From: Eubacteriales bacterium
GTDB taxonomy: Bacteria; Bacillota; Clostridia; Oscillospirales; CAG-382
NCBI GenBank assembly: GCA_045587745.1
Contig: JAZNCU010000072.1
Location: 13,069-77,068, forward strand
Length of the DNA: 64,000 nucleotides
Direction of reading: 5' to 3'
Shown here piece after piece: positions 25,146 to 34,972 of the stretch (position 1 is its first letter; each line of letters begins with the position of its first letter). The notes beneath the pieces were generated by a model. That model ran no database searches, was not told the origin of the DNA, and saw nothing but the letters and a program-made list of their open reading frames with translations. The position numbers and the translations under genes are program-made.

Positions 25146-25239
25146 ATCTGTATCTCCTGTAGGTTGATTACGTAAGTATTTTTGACCGCAGGAGCTTTTT
25201 TATACAAAAAAGACTCTTCAAGGCTACTTCTCATAGGAA

Positions 25240-25280
25240 TAAATAAAACTCCGGCAAGTTCAAAGAGTTGTCGGAGTTTT
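25240..25280. terminator. Bidirectional terminator downstream of the GNAT gene
   Basis: AAAACTCCGGCAA-loop-TTGTCGGAGTTTT. On the minus strand it is followed by TTTTATTTATT. Confidence 0.6.
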
Positions 25281-25316
25281 GCTATTCATCAATTTGTTCT
25301 TATAATTCAATATCTT

Positions 25317-25910
25317 TTATTCGTTTTCAAAGCGCCCCGGTTTTTTATGTAAAAAATATCCAAAATCAAAACGAACCTCATGTCTTGCTATATCGACATT
25401 AGTGTAACAGCACGAATCAAATCCAATTAATTGAAAGCCTTGTTTTCTATAAAAATCAATTGCGTGAACATTGCATGATTGAGTTTCTAAAATGATAGCT
25501 CTTCTTTTTTGGATCTTTGCTTGTCTCTTTGCAAGGTTCATAAGCGCTGTGCCTATTCCTTTTCTTTGGAGGTTATCGGAAACCCAAAGTTCCGTCACTA
25601 TCAAACGATTGCTCCACTCTTCGGGACATAGTTCAATACAAGCCAATAATTCTTTTTTGCCATTACTCTCATTTATTATCCCATATGCTTGAGCATTTTC
25701 CCAATGATTCTGGTATAAACTATCAGGGTAATCATATTCTTCGGGTGAATGAGTCACAGGCTTATCGAATCTTTTCTTTACCATATTCACTTGAAAAAAT
25801 TCACTCGATTCAATGATTTCTAAATCATAGTATTCTTCCGAGGAGTATTTTAGATAAATTGGAGTTCCTTTCCACTCTTCTTTTGGTAAATGAACAATCT
25901 CGTATTTCAT
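25317..25910 (-). CDS. GNAT N-acetyltransferase, streptothricin-acetyltransferase (SatA)-like
   Basis: 197-aa ORF. The acetyl-CoA motif is LQRKGIGTALMNLAKRQA. The C-terminal ILETQSCNVHAIDFYRKQGFQLIGFD...Y resembles the B. subtilis SatA/YyaR pattern (recalled from memory). The codon usage is visibly AT-rich compared with the neighbours. Confidence 0.55.
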   Translation of the reverse strand: MKYEIVHLPKEEWKGTPIYLKYSSEEYYDLEIIESSEFFQVNMVKKRFDKPVTHSPEEYDYPDSLYQNHWENAQAYGIINESNGKKELLACIELCPEEWSNRLIVTELWVSDNLQRKGIGTALMNLAKRQAKIQKRRAIILETQSCNVHAIDFYRKQGFQLIGFDSCCYTNVDIARHEVRFDFGYFLHKKPGRFENE

Positions 25911-26039
25911 ATTGTATCAGCTCCGCAAATACTTATTCGTAGGGCAGAAGAACCAGCGTCGCATTTGTAAGTACAAACGCTTTATCGTGTTATGCCTAAT
26001 TTTATTTCATAATAACATATCCTTCAATATTATTCAAGT

Positions 26040-26222
26040 TTTATTCGCCAAACTCGGCGTAGCCGAATACCACTATGCGAAGCATGATAAAACTGCGAAG
26101 CAATATCACTCGCCGAACGGATAACCCCACAAAACTATGTTTTGCGGGGACCCCATGAGGCGAATAAAACTGCGAGACTTCCCAAAAGGAAGTCTCGCAA
26201 GGGTGCTTTTTTGAATTATCCT
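26040..26222 (-). repeat. Composite intergenic repeat (inverted copy of the 59263-59640 element) immediately 3' of pepF
   Basis: The reverse complement reads GCGAGACTTCC-ttttgg-GGAAGTCTCGC-AGTTTTATTCGCCTCATGGGGTCCCCGCAAAACATAGTTTTGTGGGGTTATCCGTTCGGCGAGTGATATTGCTTCGCAGTTTTAT. This is near-identical to 59265-59450 but has one 37-bp unit instead of three. Confidence 0.85.
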
Positions 26223-28019
26223 TTAGCAGAGGGTTTCCATCTCGTCGATAAGCTCGCCAAAGAGCTTGAGAGCCGAGTTGATAGGCTCGGGAGAGCTCAT
26301 ATCAACGCCTGCGATTTTAAGAAGCGAAATGGGATCGGTGCTGGATCCGCCCGAGAGGAATCGCTTGTAATCGGCAACTGCGCTCTCGCCCTCCTTGAGA
26401 ATCCGCTCGGCAATAGCTACTGCCGCCGAGAAGCCGGTAGCGTACTGGAATACGTAGTAGTTGTAGAAGAAGTGAGGAATACGTGCCCATTCGAGTGCGA
26501 TTCCATCGTCCGAGATCATATCGGGTCCGAAATAGAGCTTGTTGAGCTCGTGATATTTTTGACAGAGAACGTCTGCGGTAAGTGTCTGACCCGCCTCGCT
26601 CATCCTGCCCATTTCCAGCTCGAACTCAGCAAACATCGTCTGACGGTATACCGTGCCCTTGAACTGATCGAGGAAGTGGTTGATAAGATATGCTCTCTCA
26701 CGCTTGTCCTCGGTTTTGGAGAGCAGGTGGCGCATAAGCAGAATCTCGTTACAGGTCGATGCGACCTCGGCAACGAAAATCACGTAGCCACTGTTGCACA
26801 CAGGCTGGTATTTTGTGCTGTGATAGCTATGGAGAGCGTGTCCCATCTCGTGAGCGAGAGTAAACATACTGTCGAGGTTGTCCTTGTGGTTGAGAAGCAC
26901 GTAGGGATGAGGATGCGAGTTGCCCGAGGAATAGGCACCGCCTCTCTTTCCCTCGTTCTCGTACACGTCGATCCAACGGTTGTTAAAGCCCTCCTTGAGG
27001 AGATTGACGTAGTCCTCGCCAAGCACTGCAAGTGCCTCAAGCACGGTCTCCTTTGCCTGCTCGTAGCTTATATCGGCGGCAGCATCGGCAACTATCGGAG
27101 TGTAAACGTCATACATATGAAGCTCGTCAACACCGAGAAGCTTTTTGCGGAGCGCAACGTAGCGGTACATTTTGTCCATATTGTTATGAACAGCCTCGAT
27201 AAGGTTGAGGTATACGGGAACGGGAACCTCGGTACGGTCGAGCGATGCCTCGAGGGTGCTGCCGTATTTGCGTGCGTTTGCAAAGAACCTCAGCTGCTTG
27301 AACTGTGCGTCAAGCGTAGAGGCGATAGTGTTTTTGAACTCGCCGAGTCTGCCGTAATAGGTCTCGAAAACCTGCTTGCGGAAGGCGACGTCATCGCTTT
27401 CGAGAAGGGGCACAAAGGTGCCGCCCGTAAGCGGAATCTCGTTGCCCTCGGCATCCTTGACGGCAGGGAATTTGAGGTCGGCATTGCGGAGAACGCCAAC
27501 AATATTATCGGGTGCATCGGCTATCTCGCCTGCACCGGCAAGCAGTGCCTCGCACTCGGGCGAGAGAACGTGTGCGGCACGGCGGCGGAGCCTGTAAAGA
27601 CTGCGGCGATAGGTCTCGAGCTCGGGCTCTGCTTTGAAAAACCCATCGAGAACGTCATCGGGGATTGCCATAATCTCGGGTGCGGCAAATGCACCTGCGC
27701 CCGAAATAGCAACGAGAACGCCCATAGCCTTTCCTCTGAAATCGGCATAAAAGCCGTTTGCGGTATCCTCATCACCCTTGCAGTTTGCGTAGCCGTAAAA
27801 GCGGGTAAGGCGCACGTCAAGCTCATCATCGTACTTGAGATACTCAAGCAAAGAGCCGGCGCTTTCCGAAAGCCTGCCTGCAAACGCCGCAACCTTCTCG
27901 GGAACGGATTTTAACGACTCGTACTCGGCAAGCCAAGCCTCGTCGGTTTCGAAAATATCGGCAAGGTTCCAGGTGTTTTCAACGGGGACCTCGCTTCTTT
28001 TGAGAATTTTTTGTGCCAT
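26223..28019 (-). CDS. pepF: Oligoendopeptidase F (M3B)
   Basis: 598-aa ORF with the HEMGHALH zinc motif. The length and N-terminal region are typical of PepF. Confidence 0.85.
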   Translation of the reverse strand: MAQKILKRSEVPVENTWNLADIFETDEAWLAEYESLKSVPEKVAAFAGRLSESAGSLLEYLKYDDELDVRLTRFYGYANCKGDEDTANGFYADFRGKAMGVLVAISGAGAFAAPEIMAIPDDVLDGFFKAEPELETYRRSLYRLRRRAAHVLSPECEALLAGAGEIADAPDNIVGVLRNADLKFPAVKDAEGNEIPLTGGTFVPLLESDDVAFRKQVFETYYGRLGEFKNTIASTLDAQFKQLRFFANARKYGSTLEASLDRTEVPVPVYLNLIEAVHNNMDKMYRYVALRKKLLGVDELHMYDVYTPIVADAAADISYEQAKETVLEALAVLGEDYVNLLKEGFNNRWIDVYENEGKRGGAYSSGNSHPHPYVLLNHKDNLDSMFTLAHEMGHALHSYHSTKYQPVCNSGYVIFVAEVASTCNEILLMRHLLSKTEDKRERAYLINHFLDQFKGTVYRQTMFAEFELEMGRMSEAGQTLTADVLCQKYHELNKLYFGPDMISDDGIALEWARIPHFFYNYYVFQYATGFSAAVAIAERILKEGESAVADYKRFLSGGSSTDPISLLKIAGVDMSSPEPINSALKLFGELIDEMETLC

Positions 28020-28046
28020 AATTTCCTCCGTATTTATAATAATAAA

Positions 28047-28517
28047 TTACTTGTGATACCTTCTGCCCGAGTTTATCATAAACGCACGGTACACCTGCTC
28101 GGCAAGCATAATGCGTGCCATGCGGTGCGGAAAGGTCATTTTTGACATTGAAAGCCTTATGTCGCACTCTTTTTTTATATCGGGATGCAGACCGTGACTC
28201 GAGCCGATTATAAAGCAAACAGGCCTGTTACACTCCCCCGTCGCCGCCGCAAGCTCCTCACTCGAAAAGTGCTTACCCTCGATGCAGAGCGCGATTTTGA
28301 GCGCACCCACGGGAATTGCGTTCCTTATCGCCTCGGCTTCCTTTGCCAGCGCCCTGTCGATAAGCGCCTGCGAATCCTCGCCGAACGTGCTCTCCTCACG
28401 GATGCAAACCGTTTTGTATGCGGCAAATGCCGAGATTCTTTTAATATATTCCTTTTCGGCGTCAAGCTCCCATTTTTCCTTGAAATCGCCAACGTGGACA
28501 ACCGTAATTTTGTTCAT
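28047..28517 (-). CDS. rlmH: 23S rRNA (pseudouridine1915-N3)-methyltransferase
   Basis: 156-aa SPOUT protein with IGSSHGL and RMTFPHRMARIMLAEQVYRA motifs. Confidence 0.85.
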   Translation of the reverse strand: MNKITVVHVGDFKEKWELDAEKEYIKRISAFAAYKTVCIREESTFGEDSQALIDRALAKEAEAIRNAIPVGALKIALCIEGKHFSSEELAAATGECNRPVCFIIGSSHGLHPDIKKECDIRLSMSKMTFPHRMARIMLAEQVYRAFMINSGRRYHK

Positions 28518-28519
28518 TC

Positions 28520-29224
28520 TTATTCCCCGAAAACGATATATCTCACTATTTCCTGAGCCATTCTGAGTCCTGCCGCAACGGGCACGAATACCGCACTCGA
28601 CGGTGTTGCACGGCCGTTTTCGTTCCTGCCGTCAAAGCAATCCCCCGCCTTTTCGTCCGAGCAGACGACCTTGAGCGACTCCACTCCGATCCTGCGAAGC
28701 TCCTTACGCATCACTCTTGCAAGCGGACAGCCCTCGGTGGAATATATATCCTTGACGGTGATGCAGGACATATCGAGCCGATTCCCTGTTCCCATTGCCG
28801 AGATAACCGGCACTCCGAGCGCATTTGCGGTTTTTATCAGATGCAGCTTTGCCGAAACAGTGTCGATGCAATCGGCAATATAATCGTATTCCGACAGATC
28901 CACCTCGACTGCACTCTCTGCCGAGTAAAACAGGTCGAAAATATCAACGGCGCACTCGGGATTAATCGAAAGCACACGGCTTTTTGCCGACTCGGTCTTT
29001 TTTTTGCCGACAGTGTCCGACGTTGCGATAAGCTGGCGGTTGATATTGCTCTCGCTTACGGTGTCGCAATCGACAATACCTATCCTGCCCACCCCGCACC
29101 GTGCGAGCGCCTCGATGCACGCCGCACCGACACCGCCCGCTCCGAAAACGATAACCGAGGCATTATTAAGTTTTTCGAGACCGCCTGCGCCAAAAAGCGG
29201 AATACTTCTCTCGGTAAAAGACAT
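28520..29224 (-). CDS. tcdA: tRNA threonylcarbamoyladenosine dehydratase (ThiF/MoeB-like E1 fold)
   Basis: 234-aa ORF with VFGAGGVGAACIEALARCGVGRIGIVDCDTVSESNINRQ. Confidence 0.7.
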   Translation of the reverse strand: MSFTERSIPLFGAGGLEKLNNASVIVFGAGGVGAACIEALARCGVGRIGIVDCDTVSESNINRQLIATSDTVGKKKTESAKSRVLSINPECAVDIFDLFYSAESAVEVDLSEYDYIADCIDTVSAKLHLIKTANALGVPVISAMGTGNRLDMSCITVKDIYSTEGCPLARVMRKELRRIGVESLKVVCSDEKAGDCFDGRNENGRATPSSAVFVPVAAGLRMAQEIVRYIVFGE

Positions 29225-30951
29225 TATTTTTTCTCCTCAAAGGGATTGACTGCATCCACAACAGCCGACCAGTATTTTGAATAGGTGACGAATCCGAGCG
29301 GACTTCCGTTGGGCTTTTTCAAAAAACGCACACGTGTATAGTCCACCTCAACGCCGTCGCTCCCGCGTTTTTCGCTGTAATATGCCGCAAGCATTGCCGC
29401 CTCAGTGTAGTCCCTGTCCGAGGGCTCGGCATCTCCGTCGGGATGCAGGATAACGTGCGAGCCGTGGAAGCCCTTGATATGGAACCAAAGGTCGTTCCTT
29501 TCGGCATCCGACGTCAATCGGTCGTTTTGCTTGTTATTCTTACCGACACGCACCTTGAGTCCGTCGGTAGTGGTAAACGAAAGGGGCTTGGATGCTGATT
29601 GCTTTTTCTTTTTTTGGTACTCCCGATCGCTGATATAGCCCTGCTCTATCAGCTCGCCTCTGATATCCTCGAGCTCGCCCGGGCTGGATGCACGCTCGAT
29701 AAATCCGAGCACCGAGCAAAGATACTCCTCCTCACGCCGGGTGATGACAAGCTGCTCCTCGATTGCAACGAGGGCACGCTTCATTTTTGCATACCTTGCA
29801 TAGAGCTTTGCGGCGTTTTTTGCGGGAGTGAGGTTTTTTTCAAGCGGAACGGTGATCTCGTTTCCGCTCTCATAGTCCATGCCCGTAACCGAGGTATCTC
29901 CCTTGGAAATACGGTAAATATTGGCAGTGATCACGTCACCCTTTATTCTGTATTCTTCTGCGTGAGAGGATTTTTCAAAATCCTCGGTGAGCAGAACGAT
30001 CTTTTTGCGGATTCTGCCCAGATGAGTGGTGACCGACTGCACGAGAGAATGGGCGTATCTGCCAATGTTGACAGCCTCCTCACGTCTTCCGTAATACTCA
30101 CCCAGCAGGTCGGAAAAGCTGTTATATATCTTTACGGAATACCCGTTTCCGTACTGACGTATGGGAGTATAGGAATACTCTATCCCGTTTCCGTCCTCGG
30201 AATAAACCGCATTGGGGACAAATTCACCCGAGTAAACAGCATTTGCAAGCCTTAATACCTCGGCAGAAATCAATCCGAGATTCTGCTCGCTGATCAGCGC
30301 ATCGCAATCACCGCAGGCAGCAAACATAAGCTCTCTTGCCACAAGCGGAGATATGCCCGCAAAGCTGCGGAGTATACAGTCGGAGCCCTTTGCTCCCATA
30401 CAGCCGTAAAGAGCCTTTTTGCACTCAAATTCACTTAAAGGCAGAGGGCTCTTGCCCTGCGGCTCGGGAAGCTCGTACTTCATTCCGCTGAATATCGTCC
30501 TCCTGCCCGACGTGATGTCGGTCACCGAGGATGCCGCAAGAATCCTGTCGGTATCATCGGTGAGGATGAGATTGGAATACTTGCCCATAAGCTCGCAGTA
30601 GATATACCTCGTCCTGCTGTAGCCCATCTCGTCGTTGGAAACAAACTCGAGCCTGATAATACGCTCGTTTTCAATACAAATTGCACCTGCAAGCCTGCCG
30701 TTTTGAAGATGCTTGCGATAGAGCATACAGGTTGGCGTGGGGGTATCGGGGCGTGCGACCGACGACAGACTTACCGCAACGGTAGGTCTCGACGGAAGCG
30801 CAGATACTATTAAATTGGCACGTGTACCGTCCTTATAAAGCTGAAAATACATACAGGACGGCGCGCTTTGGTAGACCTTTTCCACCCTCGCTCCCGTCCA
30901 TGTATCTATCTCTTTTGCAACGGCGACACAAAATATGCCGTCAAATGCCAT
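29224..30951 (-). CDS. rqcH: RqcH/Rqc2 homolog (NFACT family, FbpA-like) ribosome-associated quality control protein
   Basis: 575-aa ORF with an NFACT-N start (MAFDGIFCVAVAKEI), a central coiled coil, and a C-terminal NFACT-R region (WFHIKGFHGSHVIL). Confidence 0.8.
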   Translation of the reverse strand: MAFDGIFCVAVAKEIDTWTGARVEKVYQSAPSCMYFQLYKDGTRANLIVSALPSRPTVAVSLSSVARPDTPTPTCMLYRKHLQNGRLAGAICIENERIIRLEFVSNDEMGYSRTRYIYCELMGKYSNLILTDDTDRILAASSVTDITSGRRTIFSGMKYELPEPQGKSPLPLSEFECKKALYGCMGAKGSDCILRSFAGISPLVARELMFAACGDCDALISEQNLGLISAEVLRLANAVYSGEFVPNAVYSEDGNGIEYSYTPIRQYGNGYSVKIYNSFSDLLGEYYGRREEAVNIGRYAHSLVQSVTTHLGRIRKKIVLLTEDFEKSSHAEEYRIKGDVITANIYRISKGDTSVTGMDYESGNEITVPLEKNLTPAKNAAKLYARYAKMKRALVAIEEQLVITRREEEYLCSVLGFIERASSPGELEDIRGELIEQGYISDREYQKKKKQSASKPLSFTTTDGLKVRVGKNNKQNDRLTSDAERNDLWFHIKGFHGSHVILHPDGDAEPSDRDYTEAAMLAAYYSEKRGSDGVEVDYTRVRFLKKPNGSPLGFVTYSKYWSAVVDAVNPFEEKK

Positions 30952-31699
30952 ATTCTATCTCTCTTTCAAAATCAAAAATCACCGTTTCGATACCCGTATC
31001 GATATCCTTGACGATATCCGAAAGCGCCGAGAGCACAACACGCTCGGTAGCATGATGAGTCATACAAAGCATATTTATGCCGAGCTCGTGCGCCTCGATA
31101 TACGCCGAGTGAGACGCCTCGCCCGTAATATAGGTATCGGCACCGATTGCCGCCGCATCACGGACAAAATCCTTCCCGCCGCCCGAGACAACCGCAATTT
31201 TCTTGACAGGGCGGCTTTTTACTGAGGCAGACGGACTCTCGCCCAAGCGATTTGATACGAGTGCGGTAAAATCCTCAAAGCTCATCTGCTCTGCGAGCGT
31301 TGCTACACGTCCAAAGGGCAAAAAGCTATCAAAATCATCAAAACCGAGCACCCTCATAAGGCAGTCGTTAACACCGCCCTGCATGGAATCGAGCCTTGTA
31401 TGGTAGGAAAAAACGGCAATGCCGTTATTTATACAGGCGATAACACGCTTTCCGACGGCATCGCTGTCCGAAATGCTCTTCATTCCCGAAAAAATGAGGG
31501 GATGGTGGGTAACGATAGCATCGGCACCGATGGCGATCGCCCGGTTTATGGCAGCTGTCGTTGCATCGAGTGCAACGAGCACCCTTTTAACCTCGGTGTG
31601 AGAATCGGGGATAAGCATTGCGCCGTCGTTATCCCAGCTCTCCGAAAGAGCGGACGGGATACGGCACTCAAGCTCCCGTGAAAATTCGGATACGGTCAT
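30941..31699 (-). CDS. Nif3-like dinuclear metal centre protein (GTP cyclohydrolase 1 type 2 homolog)
   Basis: 252-aa ORF with THHPLIF and HTRLD motifs and a C-terminal TGE..H segment. Confidence 0.8.
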   Translation of the reverse strand: MTVSEFSRELECRIPSALSESWDNDGAMLIPDSHTEVKRVLVALDATTAAINRAIAIGADAIVTHHPLIFSGMKSISDSDAVGKRVIACINNGIAVFSYHTRLDSMQGGVNDCLMRVLGFDDFDSFLPFGRVATLAEQMSFEDFTALVSNRLGESPSASVKSRPVKKIAVVSGGGKDFVRDAAAIGADTYITGEASHSAYIEAHELGINMLCMTHHATERVVLSALSDIVKDIDTGIETVIFDFEREIEYGI

Positions 31700-31701
31700 T
31701 A

Positions 31702-32637
31702 TTATTTCTCCGCAAGAAGATTTTTAACCTTTTCAACGATACCGCTTGCCGTAAGTCCGTAATGCTCAAGCAATACTCCTGCAGGAGCGCTGGTACCGTA
31801 AACGTCGTTGATACCGAGCTTAGAGAGCCTTCCGCCGCATTTGCATGCCATAACGTTTGCAACGGCATCACCGAGACCGCCGATAACCGAGTGCTCCTCG
31901 GCAGTAACGACAAATCCTGTTTTGGAGGCATACTCGGCAACCAATTCCTCGTCAAGAGGCTTGATGGTATGAATATCGATAACTGCAGCATCAATACCGT
32001 CCTGTGCAAGAATAGCTCTTGCCTCGATAGCGGCAGATACCATTATACCCGTAGCAATAACAGTAACGTCCTTGCCGTCGGCAACGACAACACCCTTTCC
32101 AAGCTTGAACTCCTGCTCGCCTGCGTTATAGACCTGAGGAACGGCGTATCTGCCCAAACGCATATAAAGAGGACGGTCGTAGGTTACGATTTCCTCAAGG
32201 AGCGCCTCGGTCGAAACCGAATCGGCAGGGCTGACAACAGTCATCTCGGGAAGCGCGCGCATAATAGCAAGATCCTCGTTGAACTGATGGGTAGCACCGT
32301 CCTCGCCTACCGTAATACCTGCGTGGGATGCACATATTTTAACGGGAAGCTCGGGATAAGCAACCGAGTTGCGGATCTGCTCAAATGCACGACCGCAAGC
32401 GAACATTGCAAACGAGGATGCAAAAACAGGAACGCCCGTTGATGCAATTCCTGCCGCAACGCTTATCATATTAGCCTCTGCGATACCGCAGTTGATAAAG
32501 CGGTCAGGATATTTTTTGCCAAAAACGGCGGTCTGAGTAGAACCCGAAAGATCGGCATCCATCACGTAAAAGTTATATTTCTCGCCCAATTCGGCGAGTT
32601 TTCGTCCGTATGCGGCACGTGTTGCTTCTTTAGCCAT
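31702..32637 (-). CDS. Transketolase, C-terminal (pyrimidine-binding) subunit
   Basis: 311-aa ORF. It belongs to the split transketolase typical of Clostridia (GIAEANMISVAAGIA, GATHQ). Confidence 0.85.
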   Translation of the reverse strand: MAKEATRAAYGRKLAELGEKYNFYVMDADLSGSTQTAVFGKKYPDRFINCGIAEANMISVAAGIASTGVPVFASSFAMFACGRAFEQIRNSVAYPELPVKICASHAGITVGEDGATHQFNEDLAIMRALPEMTVVSPADSVSTEALLEEIVTYDRPLYMRLGRYAVPQVYNAGEQEFKLGKGVVVADGKDVTVIATGIMVSAAIEARAILAQDGIDAAVIDIHTIKPLDEELVAEYASKTGFVVTAEEHSVIGGLGDAVANVMACKCGGRLSKLGINDVYGTSAPAGVLLEHYGLTASGIVEKVKNLLAEK

Positions 32638-33484
32638 TGATCAGTTCCTCCTTAGCAAGCTCATAAGCGGCGGTCAGCTCCTTTTCGGCGATCTCGTACT
32701 CATCGTCCTTGGGTGCCTTGCCGTGCCACTGATAGTTGTTTTCCATATAGGAAACGCCCTTGCCTTTAACGGTGTCCATAACGATAGCGCAGGGCTTGCC
32801 GCAGCTCTCGCTCTCGGTGACAGCGCGATCGATCTGCTCAAAGTCGTGGCCGTCAATGGTGATAACGTGCCAGCCGAATGCACGGAATTTTTCGTCAATG
32901 GGATAGGGACTCATAACGTCGGCAACTGCGCCGTCGATCTGATATCGGTTGCTGTCAATGAATGCGGTGAGGTTGGAAAGGCCGTACATGTTGGCAAACA
33001 TTGCCGCCTCCCAGATCTGTCCCTCCTGTATCTCGCCATCACCAAGGATGGTGTAAACACGGTAGGGTGCGCCGCTACGCTTGCCCGCAATAGCCATGCC
33101 GCAAGCCGCCGAGAAGCCCTGGCCGAGTGATCCCGTGCTCATATCAATGCCTGGAACCGACTTCATATCGGGGTGTCCCTGGAGCATACCGCCGAGCTTA
33201 CGGAGGTTATCGAGCTCGCTGACATCAAAATAGCCCTTGAGTGCAAGTGCGGCATAAACAGCAGGACAGCAATGTCCTTTGGACAGTACAAACCTGTCAC
33301 GGTTGGGTGCAGAGGGATTTGCAGGGTCTACGTTCATTTTGTGGAAGTAGAGGTATGCAACCGCATCTGTTATCGAGAGGGAACCTCCGGGATGCCCGCT
33401 TTTCGCGCCGTGCAACGCTTTGATTTCGAGAGAACGCATCAACGCCGCTCTCTCACGGAGTGTCAAAATGGTTTTTCTTTCCAT
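32630..33484 (-). CDS. Transketolase, N-terminal (TPP-binding) subunit
   Basis: Track ORF 32630..33613, trimmed to MERKTILTLRERA (ATG 33484). It carries SGHPGGSLS and GDGEIQEG motifs. Confidence 0.85.
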   Translation of the reverse strand: MERKTILTLRERAALMRSLEIKALHGAKSGHPGGSLSITDAVAYLYFHKMNVDPANPSAPNRDRFVLSKGHCCPAVYAALALKGYFDVSELDNLRKLGGMLQGHPDMKSVPGIDMSTGSLGQGFSAACGMAIAGKRSGAPYRVYTILGDGEIQEGQIWEAAMFANMYGLSNLTAFIDSNRYQIDGAVADVMSPYPIDEKFRAFGWHVITIDGHDFEQIDRAVTESESCGKPCAIVMDTVKGKGVSYMENNYQWHGKAPKDDEYEIAEKELTAAYELAKEELING

Positions 33485-34409
33485 CGTTTTGATTCCTTTC
33501 GACCACGTCGAGTCCTGTTTTTTTGAGTATTTCAATAAAATAATCGGGTAATTCGGCAGTAAACGACAAGCGCTCACCGCTGATTGGATGGGTAAACTCG
33601 ATATACCTGGCAAAAAGGCATTGTCCTGTCAAGCCAAACGAATTTCCGCTTGCACCGTACACAGTATCACCCAGCACAGGGTGTCCGAGGTGCGAAAGAT
33701 GAACTCTTATCTGATGAGTCCGTCCCGTTTCGAGCGTGAGCTCAAGGTGGGAATAGCCCTTTGCCTCGCACAGCGTCCTCCAATGAGTTACGGCGTGCTT
33801 GGAATTCTTGTCGGTGACCGCCATTTTTTTGCGGTCGGCAGGGTGCCGTCCTATCGGTGCGGATACGGTACCGATATCGGTTTTCATCCTGCCGATAATA
33901 ACCGCCTCGTACCTGCGTACAAAGGAATGCTCCTCGATCTGAGTTGCAAGCCCCCGATGAGCCTCATCGGTTTTTGCAACGATAAGCAGTCCCGAGGTAT
34001 CCTTATCGATGCGGTGAACAATACCCGGGCGGACAACTCCGTTTATTGACGAAAGCCTGCCCTTACAATGGAAAAGCAGTGCGTTTACGAGAGTTCCGTC
34101 GGGATTTCCCGCAGCGGGATGCACCACCATCCCCCTCGGTTTATCGACTACGAGCAAATACTCGTCCTCGTAAACGATCGCTATCGGCAGATCCTGAGGA
34201 TACGCACAGAGCTCCTTTTCCTCGGGCATTTCCACGTTAATAACGTCACCCTCGGCAAGAAGATATTTTTTATCGGCTACACGTCCGTTGACCGTAAGTG
34301 CGCCGTCGGCAATAAGTCCCTGAACCCTTGAACGGCTGATTCCGAGCATTGCGGCGGCGGCAGTATCAACACGGATGCCTGCCTGCTCGCTGCTTACTGT
34401 AAGCTCCAC
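33453..34409 (-). CDS. rluD: RluA-family 23S rRNA pseudouridine synthase
   Basis: 318-aa ORF with an N-terminal S4 domain, HRIDKDTSGLL and THQIRVH. Confidence 0.85.
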   Translation of the reverse strand: MELTVSSEQAGIRVDTAAAAMLGISRSRVQGLIADGALTVNGRVADKKYLLAEGDVINVEMPEEKELCAYPQDLPIAIVYEDEYLLVVDKPRGMVVHPAAGNPDGTLVNALLFHCKGRLSSINGVVRPGIVHRIDKDTSGLLIVAKTDEAHRGLATQIEEHSFVRRYEAVIIGRMKTDIGTVSAPIGRHPADRKKMAVTDKNSKHAVTHWRTLCEAKGYSHLELTLETGRTHQIRVHLSHLGHPVLGDTVYGASGNSFGLTGQCLFARYIEFTHPISGERLSFTAELPDYFIEILKKTGLDVVERNQNDGKKNHFDTP

Positions 34410-34411
34410 CC

Positions 34412-34972
34412 TTATTCCTCCTCGGCATTTTCGGCAGAAGCGTTGCTTTCGGGAGGTAGTATTGCGCCCTCGGCATCATCGGCAGACTCGCCCTGAAGCC
34501 TTAGCCGTTCCTCTACCTTCGTCTCGAAAAACAGCACGTATACGAACATAAGCACAGTGCCTACCGTAATAAAGCTGTCAGCAACGTTAAAAATGGCAAA
34601 ATCAACGAAATCAAACCGCAAAAAGTCCACTACCGCACCGTAACAAACACGGTCGATCATATTACCTATACCGCCCCCGAGCACCATAGACAGCGAAACC
34701 GTCAGCAGAGGATGCCTTCCCCGAAAGTAGTACAGCACTATGGATATTGCGATAATAGCCACCGAGGACACGAGCATAAATACCCATCGGTTATCCTCAA
34801 GCATCGAGAACGCCGCTCCCCTGTTCTCGGTACGGTAAAAGCTCATCAGATAGGGGATAAACGGCTTTTCGGAAAACATTTCCATATAGGAAACGACAAT
34901 ATACTTGCTTACCTGATCAAAAACAACTATAGCAAGCGTGATAAATATTGCTATCATACCGATTTGCGGCAA
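34412..34972 (-). CDS. lspA: Lipoprotein signal peptidase (SPase II)
   Basis: 186-aa ORF with four TM segments and NRGAAFS and FNVADS motifs. Confidence 0.85.
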   Translation of the reverse strand: MPQIGMIAIFITLAIVVFDQVSKYIVVSYMEMFSEKPFIPYLMSFYRTENRGAAFSMLEDNRWVFMLVSSVAIIAISIVLYYFRGRHPLLTVSLSMVLGGGIGNMIDRVCYGAVVDFLRFDFVDFAIFNVADSFITVGTVLMFVYVLFFETKVEERLRLQGESADDAEGAILPPESNASAENAEEE

